From positions 281 through 64,280 of the forward strand of contig JALSQD010000001.1 in NCBI GenBank assembly GCA_026985615.1: a DNA stretch of 64,000 bases, written 5' to 3'. The first letter of the stretch is position 1. The number at the start of each line of letters is the position of its first letter. Below the pieces are notes generated by a model that was not told the DNA's origin, searched no databases, and was given only the letters and a program-made list of their open reading frames with translations. The stretch comes from Thermaceae bacterium. GTDB taxonomy: Bacteria > Deinococcota > Deinococci > Deinococcales > Marinithermaceae. The position numbers were made by a program, and so were the translations under genes. Positions 39,105-49,024 of the stretch are shown one piece after another.

Positions 39105-39665
39105 TCAGCCGTAGCGCTCCTCGCGCCAGGGGTCGCCGCGGCGGTGGTAGCCGCGCATCTCCCAGTAGCCCTCGACCTCGCGTTTGAAGAGCTGGATCTT
39201 GGTGAGCCACTTCACGCTCTTCCAGCCGTAGAGGTGGGGCACCACCAGGCGCACCGGACCGCCGTGCCCGTGGGGAATGGGCGCGCCGTCCAGCGACCAG
39301 GCGAGCAGCACCCCAGGAGGGGCGGTGAGGTCTGCGAGGGGCAGGCTGGCGCTGTAGCCGCCGCGCGACCAGGCGAGCGCGTGGCTCGCGCCCGGCCTGG
39401 GCCTGGCCCGCGCGAGCACCTTCGCGAGCGGCACCCCCTGCCAGCGCGTGGCGGTGCGGCTCCAGCCGGTAACGCAGTGAAAGTCGTGCTCGAGCGCCTC
39501 TTCCCCGAGCGCCACCAGCTCCTCCCAGCCCAGCTCGAGGCGGTCTTCGACCGCGCCCAGGATGCGCAGCCGGAATGCGCCGGGCTCGATGGGCGGGACC
39601 GGGTCCACGGTGAAGAGCGGGAACTTGCGCGTTGGCGCCTGGCCGGGAGGCAGCTCGTCCTTCAT
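39105..39665 (-). CDS. molybdopterin-dependent (sulfite oxidase-like) oxidoreductase domain protein
   Basis: Contains HDFHCVTGWSRTATRWQGVPL and GGPVRLVVPHLYGWKSVKWL. Confidence 0.85.
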   Translation of the reverse strand: MKDELPPGQAPTRKFPLFTVDPVPPIEPGAFRLRILGAVEDRLELGWEELVALGEEALEHDFHCVTGWSRTATRWQGVPLAKVLARARPRPGASHALAWSRGGYSASLPLADLTAPPGVLLAWSLDGAPIPHGHGGPVRLVVPHLYGWKSVKWLTKIQLFKREVEGYWEMRGYHRRGDPWREERYG

Positions 39666-39679
39666 GCCGGCAATCTAAA

Positions 39680-39705
39680 CGAAAAAGGGCGGGCCGCGCC
39701 CGCCC
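39680..39705 (-). terminator. intrinsic terminator after the hydratase-like gene
   Basis: The minus strand reads GGGCGGGC-GCG-GCCCGCCC followed by TTTTTCGTTT. Confidence 0.75.
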
Positions 39706-39723
39706 GGATGCACATTTGGGGGT

Positions 39724-40554
39724 CTACTCGAAGTGGACCTTCGCCTCGCCGCCCCAGCGGCCGAAGCTGTAGCCCACCCAGACCGTCGAGCCCGCCTTGG
39801 GGCGCAGGGGCGCGCCGAAGCTGCCCAGGCTCACCAGGTCGCCGGCCTTGAGCTCCTTGCCCTCGCGCGCGAGGTCCTGCACCAGCCAGACCACGGCGTT
39901 GAGGGGGTGGCCGAGAATGGCCGAGCCCGGTGCCTTGAGGACCAGGCGGCCGTCCTGCATCACGTAGACCTGCATCGACCCCAGCGCCTCGGCAAACTCG
40001 GGGGTGTTCTCCACCGGGATGGGCCGGCCCATCACGCCCAGCCGCGCGCCCACGTTGATGGCGGTGATCGTCGCGCCGTTCAGGGGCTCGCCCTTCTTCA
40101 GCACCAGGTCGGGCAGTTCGATAAAGGGGATCACCGCGTCGAGGTGGGCGAGTACCTCCTCGGGGGTGCGCGCCTGGTTGATGCCCTTGTCCTTGACGCG
40201 CACCAGCAGGTCGCCCTCGACGATGGGCACGGCGCCGAACTTGGCGGGCACGGTGGCGCCGCTGGGAAGCAGCATGCGCTCGAGCAGCACGCCGCGCAGC
40301 GGATGGTCCACGCCGAACTTCTGCTGCACCGGTTTGCTCGTCAGCCCTACCTTGTAGCCCACGGGCTGGCCCACGATGGGCTCGAGCCCCTGCACGAACG
40401 CCGCCTGGAAGGCCAGCCCTTCGTCGATCGTCTGTACCGTCGGCGCGGGGGCCGGGGTCTTGCCCAGCCAGTAGACGACGAGGTCGTCGGGGGTAATCGC
40501 CCAGGCGAGGGAAAGTACGGCCGCCAAACCAATGACCCAGGGTTTTATACGCAT
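39724..40554 (-). CDS. 2-keto-4-pentenoate hydratase (MhpD/FAH-fold) family protein with N-terminal signal peptide
   Basis: Signal-like MRIKPWVIGLAAVLSLAWA, followed by GYKVGLTS and GDLVSLGSF motifs. Confidence 0.7.
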   Translation of the reverse strand: MRIKPWVIGLAAVLSLAWAITPDDLVVYWLGKTPAPAPTVQTIDEGLAFQAAFVQGLEPIVGQPVGYKVGLTSKPVQQKFGVDHPLRGVLLERMLLPSGATVPAKFGAVPIVEGDLLVRVKDKGINQARTPEEVLAHLDAVIPFIELPDLVLKKGEPLNGATITAINVGARLGVMGRPIPVENTPEFAEALGSMQVYVMQDGRLVLKAPGSAILGHPLNAVVWLVQDLAREGKELKAGDLVSLGSFGAPLRPKAGSTVWVGYSFGRWGGEAKVHFE

Positions 40555-40620
40555 TTTTCCTCCTCCAATAGCTTTCTTTGCGTAAGTTTATACCACTTGC
40601 GGGCCAGGGCCTTTGACCCG

Positions 40621-40956
40621 TTAGTTTCCCGAGGTGTAGCGAATCACCTCGACCCGCTCCAGCGTCACCAGACCGCCACCCAGCGCGTCCTCGAGCCAGG
40701 GCAGGAAGTCGCGGATGCGCGCCTCCTCGTCCACCAGCTCGATGACGATGGGCAGGTCTTCGGAAAGCCGCAGGATCGCGGCCGAGTGGATGCGGCTGCC
40801 CGCGCCGTAGCCCATGATGCCGCGCAGAACCGTGGCGCCGCGGATGCCGCGTTGGCGGGCTTCTTCCACGATCGCCGCGTATGCCGGACGCCCCCTGATC
40901 TTGTCGCTTTCACCCAGGAAGATCCGCGCCAGCAAAGCCGTTCCCGAAAGTCCCAT
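40621..40956 (-). CDS. DUF190 (PII-like) protein associated with CrcB
   Basis: LLARIFLGESDKIRGRPAYAAIVEEARQRGIRGATVLRGIMGYG. It lies immediately downstream of crcB. Confidence 0.8.
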   Translation of the reverse strand: MGLSGTALLARIFLGESDKIRGRPAYAAIVEEARQRGIRGATVLRGIMGYGAGSRIHSAAILRLSEDLPIVIELVDEEARIRDFLPWLEDALGGGLVTLERVEVIRYTSGN

Positions 40957-40967
40957 GCTCCACCCCC

Positions 40968-41348
40968 TTACGCGGCGCGCAACGCGCTCACCACGGCCAT
41001 GCCCAGCCCCACCAGCAGCAAGCCCAGCCCCAGGTTGAGGGCCACGTAGAGTAGCGCCTCGAAATTCTGGCCGGTGCGCAGGAGCTCGAGCGCTTCGTAG
41101 GCGAAGGTGGAAAAGGTGGTGAACGCGCCCAGGAACCCTACGGCCACGAAAAGCCGCAGCTCGCCGCTCCAGCCACCCAGCAGGCTCGCCTGCACCACGA
41201 ACCCGAGCGCGAAGCTACCTGCCAGGTTCACGGCCACCGTGCCCCAGGGGAACCCTGCGCCGCTCCATTGCTGCACCCAACCCGCGACGAGGTAGCGCCC
41301 CAGTGCGCCCAGCGCGCCCCCCGCCGCCACCGAAAGCCAGCGCTCCAT
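40968..41348 (-). CDS. crcB: fluoride ion channel CrcB/FluC
   Basis: 126 aa with four TM segments. Contains GGALGALGRYL and FLGAFTTFSTF motifs. Confidence 0.9.
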   Translation of the reverse strand: MERWLSVAAGGALGALGRYLVAGWVQQWSGAGFPWGTVAVNLAGSFALGFVVQASLLGGWSGELRLFVAVGFLGAFTTFSTFAYEALELLRTGQNFEALLYVALNLGLGLLLVGLGMAVVSALRAA

Positions 41349-41354
41349 AAGCCA

Positions 41355-41360
41355 AGTATA
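41355..41360 (-). promoter_or_regulatory. -10 box TATACT, 6 nt upstream of the crcB ATG (leaderless-type)
   Basis: The minus strand reads TATACT-TGGCTT-ATG. Confidence 0.45.
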
Positions 41361-41502
41361 CGTTGGTGCATAAATAGGGCTTCAGTACTTCAAATAGGGG
41401 TATAACCGAGTTAGGGAAAGGCAATGTGATGTCAAGGTGAACTTCGTTTGGCGCAGTCGCGAACGGCAATTTCCCCATTGTCCTGAAAGAGAGGGCATGC
41501 CA

Positions 41503-43860
41503 ATGAAACGTTCTGCTGGCATCGCTTTGGTTATCACCTTGATGATCGCCGTTCTCCTATTCATCGCCATCATCGCGATAAGCAGCAGCTTCTCGCTTTC
41601 GGGCCGTCGGCTCACCACCGACCAGAAGCTCGCGCTCGAGGCGCAGTACGCTGCCGAGTCGGGGCTGGCGCTGGCGTCGGCCCGGCTCAGGAGCTTTGGT
41701 ACGGAGATGGCCCAGCTTCTGGATGACGACGATGCCTTCGAGCTCCCCGCCAACACCGACTGGCTTTCGTTGCGGCAGGAGATCGTGAACTTCTGTGGTA
41801 GTGAGGAGGCCGTACCGGCTACGCGCCCGGCCGTGGCCAGTACGATCTGCACCGCAGACCGCAATGGCGTCGACTGGGACGACCCCGAACACGCACCCTA
41901 CAGCCTCTTCCTGCACCATGTAGAGAGCGACGCCTATCCCGAAGACCCCGAGACCGGCCTGCCGGTGACCGCAGAGAACTTCTGGCGTTCGCACCTGGGT
42001 CCCCAGCAAACGAGCCTGGTGCTCAAGGACACCGACGGCGTAGAGACCAAGTACACCGTGGAATACGGTTTCGTCCCCCGCGAGGCCAAGGTCCTGGCCG
42101 ATGGCTCGATTCGCTTCGAGTTCGTGGCCATGACCACGCTCGCCACGGGCTATCTGGAAAACGGCGGCGATACCGTGGCCAACCGCCAGCTCCAGCAGGA
42201 GTACCCCGGCCACCTCTACGTGGACGTCAGCCCGCCCAGCTTTTCCCACTACATGATGTTCACGAACTACCAGCGGGCCGGTGCCTCGACCGGCGCCCCG
42301 CGCGTCTACTTCTACGACGGCACGCTCTTCGACGGCCCCGTGCACACCAACGAACACTTCAACTTCATCGGGCGGCCCTGGTTCGGAGACTCGGTTACCA
42401 GCGCTGGATGCACGAAAGAAAATCACGACAAAGACGACTGCCTCGTCGCCGAGCCCGGCTTCTACTACTGGGACACCATCGGTACAGGCGACGTCTTCAC
42501 CCCACCCATCCTGCCCCCGCCAGCCCACATGAACACCGACCCCTACTTCACCCAGAAACCCAAATGGAGCGTCGACTACATCAAGCTGCCTCGTACTGGC
42601 GACGACCAGTACCAGGCAGCGGTCCTGGGCGGCATCCAGATCGACGACTACAACAATCCCAAGGTCATCGGCCAGCGCAACATCGATTACGTCGCCCTCA
42701 GTGTTGGTGAGGAGGGCGGCACCAAGTACCAGTACATCCAGGTGTTCGGGCGTGAGCTCGTGGGCACCGAGGTAGTGCCGGGCTACTGCGCCCCCAACGG
42801 TGGGAGCGGTGGCGGCGGCGGAGGCGGTGGTGGTGGTAGTGACGACAGTGGCCCGCCCGTCTGGAGCCCGCAGCCGCCTACCCGCGCCCTGGCGGTGTTG
42901 TGGAGCGCGGGTGCACCCGTCTCGCCAGTGCGCTGGATGGCTGCGGAGCTCGCGGAGCGGGTGGGGAGCATGCTCGTCCTGCGCGCCGAAACCTGCCCCG
43001 AAGGCCAGCACTGGGTGCCGCCCAAGACGAAGAAGATTTTTGAAAAGTTCACCTACAGCTTCCGCATCGACGAAAGCGGCCTCGTCGAGATCGACGAGGG
43101 CGACGGCTGGACCTATTACGCCAGCGACTTCAACGGCGTCCTCTACGTAGGTACGCTGGACGTCTCGGGCGGCTTCACGATCCTGGGCGCAGGGCTTTCC
43201 GCCCCCGTGGAGAGCGTGAACCCGTGGGCGACCCACCGCCCCCGCAGCGAGGTGGACGGTCCGGGTGACTGCGGCTATACCCTCACGGAGTTCGACGGCA
43301 AGTATTACTGCATCGAACCCTCGATCGCCGACTTTACCCAGATGACGATCGTGGGGCACTACGTGGCCCTCAAGCGCGACCTTACCTACGAAGAGCGCCC
43401 CTGCGAAAGCGCCCCCAAGCGCCAGGAGGACGGGAGCGTGGTGCCCGCGAGCTGTACCAACCTCGACGCCAGGAACATTCTCGGCATCTACGCCGACGGC
43501 GGTGACATCCGAATCGACGGAAACGCGCCCCCAAACATGTACATCGATGGGGTCCTGATGTCGGGCAAGTGGAGCGTCTATTACGCCAACTGGAAGAAGG
43601 GCGATCCCAGGGGCTACCTCCACCTGACCGGAGGCATCATCCAGAACTGGTACGGCCGCTTCGGCATGCTCGACGGTGACCTGAACATCCTGCACGGTTA
43701 CGGCCGCAAGTTCACCTACGACCCGCGGTTGCGCAACAGCGGGCTGGCGCCGCCGTATTTCCCCAAGTTCGAGGGTGAGCTGCCCTGGGCGGCGCGGGCC
43801 GTGTTCGAGGAGGCCGGCGGCAACGACACCCCGGGCTTCTGGAAACCCGTCGTGCCGTGA
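41503..43860 (+). CDS. large PilX-N-terminal-like pilus-associated protein (~785 aa)
   Basis: The AGAGAGGG RBS favours ATG 41503, but ATG 41497 is possible. MKRSAGIALVITLMIAVLLFIAIIAISS is followed by LEAQYAAESGLALASARL (PilX_N-like). The large Cys-containing ectodomain carries a Gly tract and ends YDPRLRNSGLAPPYFP. Its stop overlaps the start of the first prepilin gene. Confidence 0.75.
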   Translation: MKRSAGIALVITLMIAVLLFIAIIAISSSFSLSGRRLTTDQKLALEAQYAAESGLALASARLRSFGTEMAQLLDDDDAFELPANTDWLSLRQEIVNFCGSEEAVPATRPAVASTICTADRNGVDWDDPEHAPYSLFLHHVESDAYPEDPETGLPVTAENFWRSHLGPQQTSLVLKDTDGVETKYTVEYGFVPREAKVLADGSIRFEFVAMTTLATGYLENGGDTVANRQLQQEYPGHLYVDVSPPSFSHYMMFTNYQRAGASTGAPRVYFYDGTLFDGPVHTNEHFNFIGRPWFGDSVTSAGCTKENHDKDDCLVAEPGFYYWDTIGTGDVFTPPILPPPAHMNTDPYFTQKPKWSVDYIKLPRTGDDQYQAAVLGGIQIDDYNNPKVIGQRNIDYVALSVGEEGGTKYQYIQVFGRELVGTEVVPGYCAPNGGSGGGGGGGGGGSDDSGPPVWSPQPPTRALAVLWSAGAPVSPVRWMAAELAERVGSMLVLRAETCPEGQHWVPPKTKKIFEKFTYSFRIDESGLVEIDEGDGWTYYASDFNGVLYVGTLDVSGGFTILGAGLSAPVESVNPWATHRPRSEVDGPGDCGYTLTEFDGKYYCIEPSIADFTQMTIVGHYVALKRDLTYEERPCESAPKRQEDGSVVPASCTNLDARNILGIYADGGDIRIDGNAPPNMYIDGVLMSGKWSVYYANWKKGDPRGYLHLTGGIIQNWYGRFGMLDGDLNILHGYGRKFTYDPRLRNSGLAPPYFPKFEGELPWAARAVFEEAGGNDTPGFWKPVVP
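42799..42840 (+). repeat. GGN simple-sequence tract encoding GGSGGGGGGGGGGS
   Basis: Sequence: ggtgggagcggtggcggcggcggaggcggtggtggtggtagt, lying in frame inside the PilX-like gene. Confidence 0.9.
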
Positions 43861-44297
43861 GGGGAAGCGCCTTGAATCGCCGCGGCTTCACCCTGCTCGA
43901 GACGCTCATCGTGCTGGCCATCCTGGGTATCGCCCTGAGCGCGAGTTACGTTCTCCTCAGGCCCATGCTGGAACGGAGCCGCCTCGACAACGCCACGACC
44001 CAGGTAGCCACCGACCTGCTGCTGGTGCGCAGTTACGCCCGGCGTTCCAACCAGCCGACTTCCTGGACCCGTCTCGACGACCGCCGTTACCGGCTCAGCC
44101 TTGGTGGTAAGACGTACGAGTACGCCCTTCCCGAGGGGGTGACCTTTGCCGCACCCCCCGCGGGAACGGTGTTGCGTTACCACCCGCCTTACGGCGAGTT
44201 TGACGCCAGCGCCGAGACCATCACCCTGCAAGACGCCAGGGGGAACAGCGAGAGCATTCACGTGGTCGGCGTGACCGGGAAGGTGATTCGCCCATGA
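43857..44297 (+). CDS. prepilin-type N-terminal cleavage/methylation domain protein (FimT/GspH-like minor pilin)
   Basis: MRGSALNRRGFTLLETLIVLAILGIALSAS has the class III signal with G|F...E5. GTGA overlap with the upstream gene. Confidence 0.85.
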   Translation: MRGSALNRRGFTLLETLIVLAILGIALSASYVLLRPMLERSRLDNATTQVATDLLLVRSYARRSNQPTSWTRLDDRRYRLSLGGKTYEYALPEGVTFAAPPAGTVLRYHPPYGEFDASAETITLQDARGNSESIHVVGVTGKVIRP

Positions 44298-44713
44298 AAC
44301 GCGCACATGGATTTTCCCTCATCGAGGCGATGATTGCCATCGCCATCCTGGGTATTTTGCTTGCCGCCATCTTGCAGCCGCTTGGCGGCCTTTTCCGGAT
44401 GTCGAGCAGCAGCCGCGATTTGCTCGAGCGCACCACCCAGGCGCAGCAGGTGGTGGAGCGGGTGATGCGGGAGTGGCAGGACCCGAGCAAGTTCGATCAG
44501 GCCTGCCTCGACCTCGGTACGAACCCTTTGCCAAGCAACGTTACCGTACGCTCACGCCCGCTTGACCTCCAGGCCCAGCCCCTGGCGGGTTACGCGGACG
44601 TCGCGTCCTGTCCCCAGCCCCCCAGTCCCGCGGCGTTGCGCCGACTGACCGTGGTCGTGAGCGGCGGTGACGGCCCCGACGCGGAGATCGTCGTGGACGT
44701 GGTGAAGCCATGA
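44294..44713 (+). CDS. prepilin-type minor pilin (PilV-like)
   Basis: MKRAHGFSLIEAMIAIAILGILLAAIL. ATGA overlap with the upstream gene. Confidence 0.85.
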   Translation: MKRAHGFSLIEAMIAIAILGILLAAILQPLGGLFRMSSSSRDLLERTTQAQQVVERVMREWQDPSKFDQACLDLGTNPLPSNVTVRSRPLDLQAQPLAGYADVASCPQPPSPAALRRLTVVVSGGDGPDAEIVVDVVKP

Positions 44714-45477
44714 AGCGCAACAGGGCATTCACGCTCATCGAGGTGCTGATCACGCTCCTCATCCTCGGCATCCTGGGCGTGACCTTCGTGCGCATCCTGG
44801 GAACCACGCTCCACGCCACCGGCCGCATCAACGCCGAGAACGAGCTCTTGGGTGAGGCGCAGATCGCCGAGCAGATCATCGTCAGCAAGGCGATGGCCGC
44901 CTGGTACCTCTACCCACCAGGTACGGAGGTGGAGTTCAATGGAGGGGCGACCACCTACAACGCCCTGGCGGGGAGCTCTACCTGGACGGTGGGCAGCGAC
45001 CCCATCCTGGCCATGATCCTTCCGCCTAAAGAACCCGGGGGCGGCTGCACCTCGGGCGGGCCGACGGAGGGCTGCTACCGCCTGCTGGCTTACTACGCCT
45101 TTCCGCGCATCCACTACCAGGCGAGCGTGGGTCCCACCCAGCAGCTCCAGGACGATCCGCGCAACGACGACACCTGGGTGTTGATGGAGTTTCGCGCCAA
45201 CCTCTATGGCTTCGTGCCCGACACGACCTGTAGCAACATCCCTGTTCCCGACGGGAGCTTCTCGGGGCTTAGCGGGCGCTTGCTGGTCGAGTACGTCCAG
45301 CCCGAGACCGAGGCACCCAACTACACCATCTTCAACGTTCAGCCGGATGGCCGCGTGGTGCTGCATCTGCGCATGCGCAAGGCCATTGCCGGCACCACGT
45401 TGAAGGTGCCGCGGGCTTCCCAGCCGCCACTGTCGCTGGAGGTGAACGCGCGCAACTTTCTCCGTGGGTGCCCGTGA
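44710..45477 (+). CDS. prepilin-type minor pilin (PilW-like, 255 aa)
   Basis: MKRNRAFTLIEVLITLLILGILGV. ATGA overlap with the upstream gene. Confidence 0.8.
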   Translation: MKRNRAFTLIEVLITLLILGILGVTFVRILGTTLHATGRINAENELLGEAQIAEQIIVSKAMAAWYLYPPGTEVEFNGGATTYNALAGSSTWTVGSDPILAMILPPKEPGGGCTSGGPTEGCYRLLAYYAFPRIHYQASVGPTQQLQDDPRNDDTWVLMEFRANLYGFVPDTTCSNIPVPDGSFSGLSGRLLVEYVQPETEAPNYTIFNVQPDGRVVLHLRMRKAIAGTTLKVPRASQPPLSLEVNARNFLRGCP

Positions 45478-45560
45478 GTTTCAACGCGGGTGCGGTTGTG
45501 CTAGATTAGCCTAGCGCCATGCCTAGGGTTGCCATCGGTAAAAACGTTTCGGCTTCGTAG

Positions 45561-46769
<1,209 letters not shown>

Positions 46770-46819
46770 ACTGAAGTCCCGGTATGGGAAGCCCCGGGCA
46801 CGGAAACGCATGAGCGTGC

Positions 46820-46843
46820 ACGCCCTTTGGGGCGTATTTTTTT
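46820..46843 (+). terminator. intrinsic terminator after tgt
   Basis: ACGCCC-TTTG-GGGCGT followed by ATTTTTTT. Confidence 0.8.
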
Positions 46844-46865
46844 GGCCCGTATCGGGAGGCGTGGT

Positions 46866-48080
46866 ATGGCAAAACATGCACCGAATAAGTGGATCCTAGG
46901 CCTGCAGCACACCGTCGCCATGTTCGGCGCCACGGTGCTGGTTCCGCTGCTCACCGGGCTCAGCCCCTCGGTCGCGCTGGTGAGCGCGGGTGCGGGGACG
47001 CTCGTCTTCCACCTCGTCACCGGCGGCCGGGTGCCGGTCTTCCTGGGCTCGAGCTTCGCCTTCATCGCCCCCATGGTGGCGGCCTCGAAGGCCGGCTTCT
47101 CGCCCGCGGCCATCGGCGGGGGCATTGCCGCGGCTGGCTTGGTCTACGCCCTCATGGCGCTCGCCGTCATGGTCATCGGCTCGGACCGTGTCCGCCAGGT
47201 CTTCCCGCCGGTGGTCACCGGGCCGGTCATCGTGGTCATCGGGCTGACGTTGGCCCCCGTGGCCATCGATATGGCCAGCAAGGGCTGGCTACTCGCCGTC
47301 GTTACCCTCGCCGCCGCCATCGTCGCCGCGGTATGGATGCACGGGCTGTTCAAGATGCTGCCCATCCTCATCGGGGTGAGCGTCGGCTACCTGGTGGCGC
47401 TCTTCACCGGCGCGGTGGACCTTACCCCGGTGCGCGAGGCCGCCTGGCTGGGTCTGCCGCCCTTCACTCCCGCGCGCCTCGAGTGGGGCGCGGTGCTCCT
47501 CATCGCGCCCGTGGCCTTCGTGACCGTGATGGAGCACATCGGCGACATCCTCACCAACGGCCGCGTGGTGGGTCAGGACTTTTTCAAGAAACCCGGTCTC
47601 CACCGCACCCTGCTCGGCGACGGGCTGGCCACTGCCCTCGCCGGCCTCATCGGCGGCCCGGCCAACACCACTTATTCCGAGAACACTGGCGTGCTGGCGG
47701 TGACCAAGGTCTACGACCCGGCGATCCTTCGCATCGCCGCGGTCTTCGCAATTCTGCTGGGCTTCAGCCCCAAGCTCGCAGCGCTGCTCCAGACCCTGCC
47801 GCCGGGCGTGCTGGGCGGCATCTCGATCCTGCTCTTCGGGATGATCGCGAGCGTGGGCATCCGCACCCTCGCCGAGGCCGAGATCGACTTCACCCACTCC
47901 CGCAACATGATCGTTGTCGCGCTCATCCTGGTGCTGGGGCTGGGCGGGGCGGTGGCCGACCTGGGCACGATCACCGTCGCCGGTGCCGAGGTGCCCCTGC
48001 AGGCCAGCGGCATGGCCCTGGCCGCGGTCGTGGGCGCGCTCGTCAACCTGATCCTCCCGCCCGAGATAGATGCCGGCTAA
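46866..48080 (+). CDS. uracil/xanthine permease (NCS2 family)
   Basis: GGGAGG RBS precedes ATG 46866. Contains [21 protein letters not shown] and [11 protein letters not shown] motifs, with 12-14 TM segments. Confidence 0.9.
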   Translation: MAKHAPNKWILGLQHTVAMFGATVLVPLLTGLSPSVALVSAGAGTLVFHLVTGGRVPVFLGSSFAFIAPMVAASKAGFSPAAIGGGIAAAGLVYALMALAVMVIGSDRVRQVFPPVVTGPVIVVIGLTLAPVAIDMASKGWLLAVVTLAAAIVAAVWMHGLFKMLPILIGVSVGYLVALFTGAVDLTPVREAAWLGLPPFTPARLEWGAVLLIAPVAFVTVMEHIGDILTNGRVVGQDFFKKPGLHRTLLGDGLATALAGLIGGPANTTYSENTGVLAVTKVYDPAILRIAAVFAILLGFSPKLAALLQTLPPGVLGGISILLFGMIASVGIRTLAEAEIDFTHSRNMIVVALILVLGLGGAVADLGTITVAGAEVPLQASGMALAAVVGALVNLILPPEIDAG

Positions 48081-48153
48081 ATTTTACCGCTGTTTTATAC
48101 TAACTTGGTATTCTATGGCGTAGAAGCGATGTGCTTTTGCGGAAAGGAAGAAA

Positions 48154-48984
48154 ATGGCTGGATTTACAGATGTTCTGGGATCCCTCTTGGAGAGCCAGCT
48201 CTCCGGTAACACCGGTGACAAGCTCAAGCGTGTTCTCGGTGGTTCCGGGTCGGGCGGCGACCTGGAGCGGATGCTGGGCCAGCTTACGGGCGGCTCGCAA
48301 GGCGGTTCCGCGGGCGGCCTGGGGGGTATGCTGGGTCAGCTCATGGGGGGCGGCTCTTCGTCAGGCGCTGGCGGCCTGGGTGGGATGCTGGGCCAGCTCA
48401 TGGGCGGCGGCCGCTCGAGCTCGAGCGGCGGGCTCAACTTAGGTGGGCTTGAAGCCCTCGCCGGCCAGCTGCTCGGCGGTGGCGGCAAAGCCAGCAGCAA
48501 AGACCTGGGCGGCGGTCTCATGGCCTTGCTGGGCAGCCTTGCCATGGGTGCCCTCTCCTCGGGTGGCGGGCAGGCTCCGCAGCGTCCCCCGGTGGGGCTG
48601 CGCGCCCCCGAAACACCCGATGAGGAGCAGGAGCTCGAAAGTGCGGCCCAGGTGATCCTCATGGCGATGATCAACGCAGCCAAGGCCGACGGCCGCATCG
48701 ACCCCCAGGAGGCCGAGCGCATCGTCAGTCGGCTGGACGAAATAGGGGCCGACCAGGAGGTGCGCGACTTCGTTTACCGCGAGATGGCGGGACCGCTGGA
48801 CACACGCGCGATGATCGAGGCCGCCCGCGGCAACCCCGAGCTGGCGGCCCAGGTGTACGCCGCCTCGCTGCTGGCGGTCGAGGTGGATACGGCGGCCGAG
48901 AACCGTTATCTTGAGGAGCTGCAGCGGGCGCTTGGGCTGGCTCCCGAGGTTGCCGAGCGACTCGAGCAGCAGTTCCGAGCCTGA
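48154..48984 (+). CDS. DUF533/TerB-like (YebE family) protein with Gly-rich repetitive N-terminus
   Basis: The C-terminal part ILMAMINAAKADGRIDPQEAERIV...YAASLLAVEVDTAAENRYLEEL is TerB-like. The N-terminus carries 19-aa repeats. Confidence 0.75.
   Translation: MAGFTDVLGSLLESQLSGNTGDKLKRVLGGSGSGGDLERMLGQLTGGSQGGSAGGLGGMLGQLMGGGSSSGAGGLGGMLGQLMGGGRSSSSGGLNLGGLEALAGQLLGGGGKASSKDLGGGLMALLGSLAMGALSSGGGQAPQRPPVGLRAPETPDEEQELESAAQVILMAMINAAKADGRIDPQEAERIVSRLDEIGADQEVRDFVYREMAGPLDTRAMIEAARGNPELAAQVYAASLLAVEVDTAAENRYLEELQRALGLAPEVAERLEQQFRA
48256..48486 (+). repeat. intragenic 57-nt tandem repeat (about 4 units)
   Basis: Encoded units: GDLERMLGQLTGGSQGGSA / GGLGGMLGQLMGGGSSSGA / GGLGGMLGQLMGGGRSSSS / GGLNLGGLEALAGQLLGGGG. 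Confidence 0.85.
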
Positions 48985-49024
48985 GCCGGGCTCGTTACGG
49001 CTGGAGCGCGGCGGTGTTCTGGCC

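Noticed and set aside
41349-41440. A fluoride (crcB-motif) riboswitch was expected upstream of crcB.
   Set aside because: I read the minus strand and found none of the conserved segments. A -10 box sits 6 nt from the ATG. I kept this only as a low-interest finding to be tested with Infernal.
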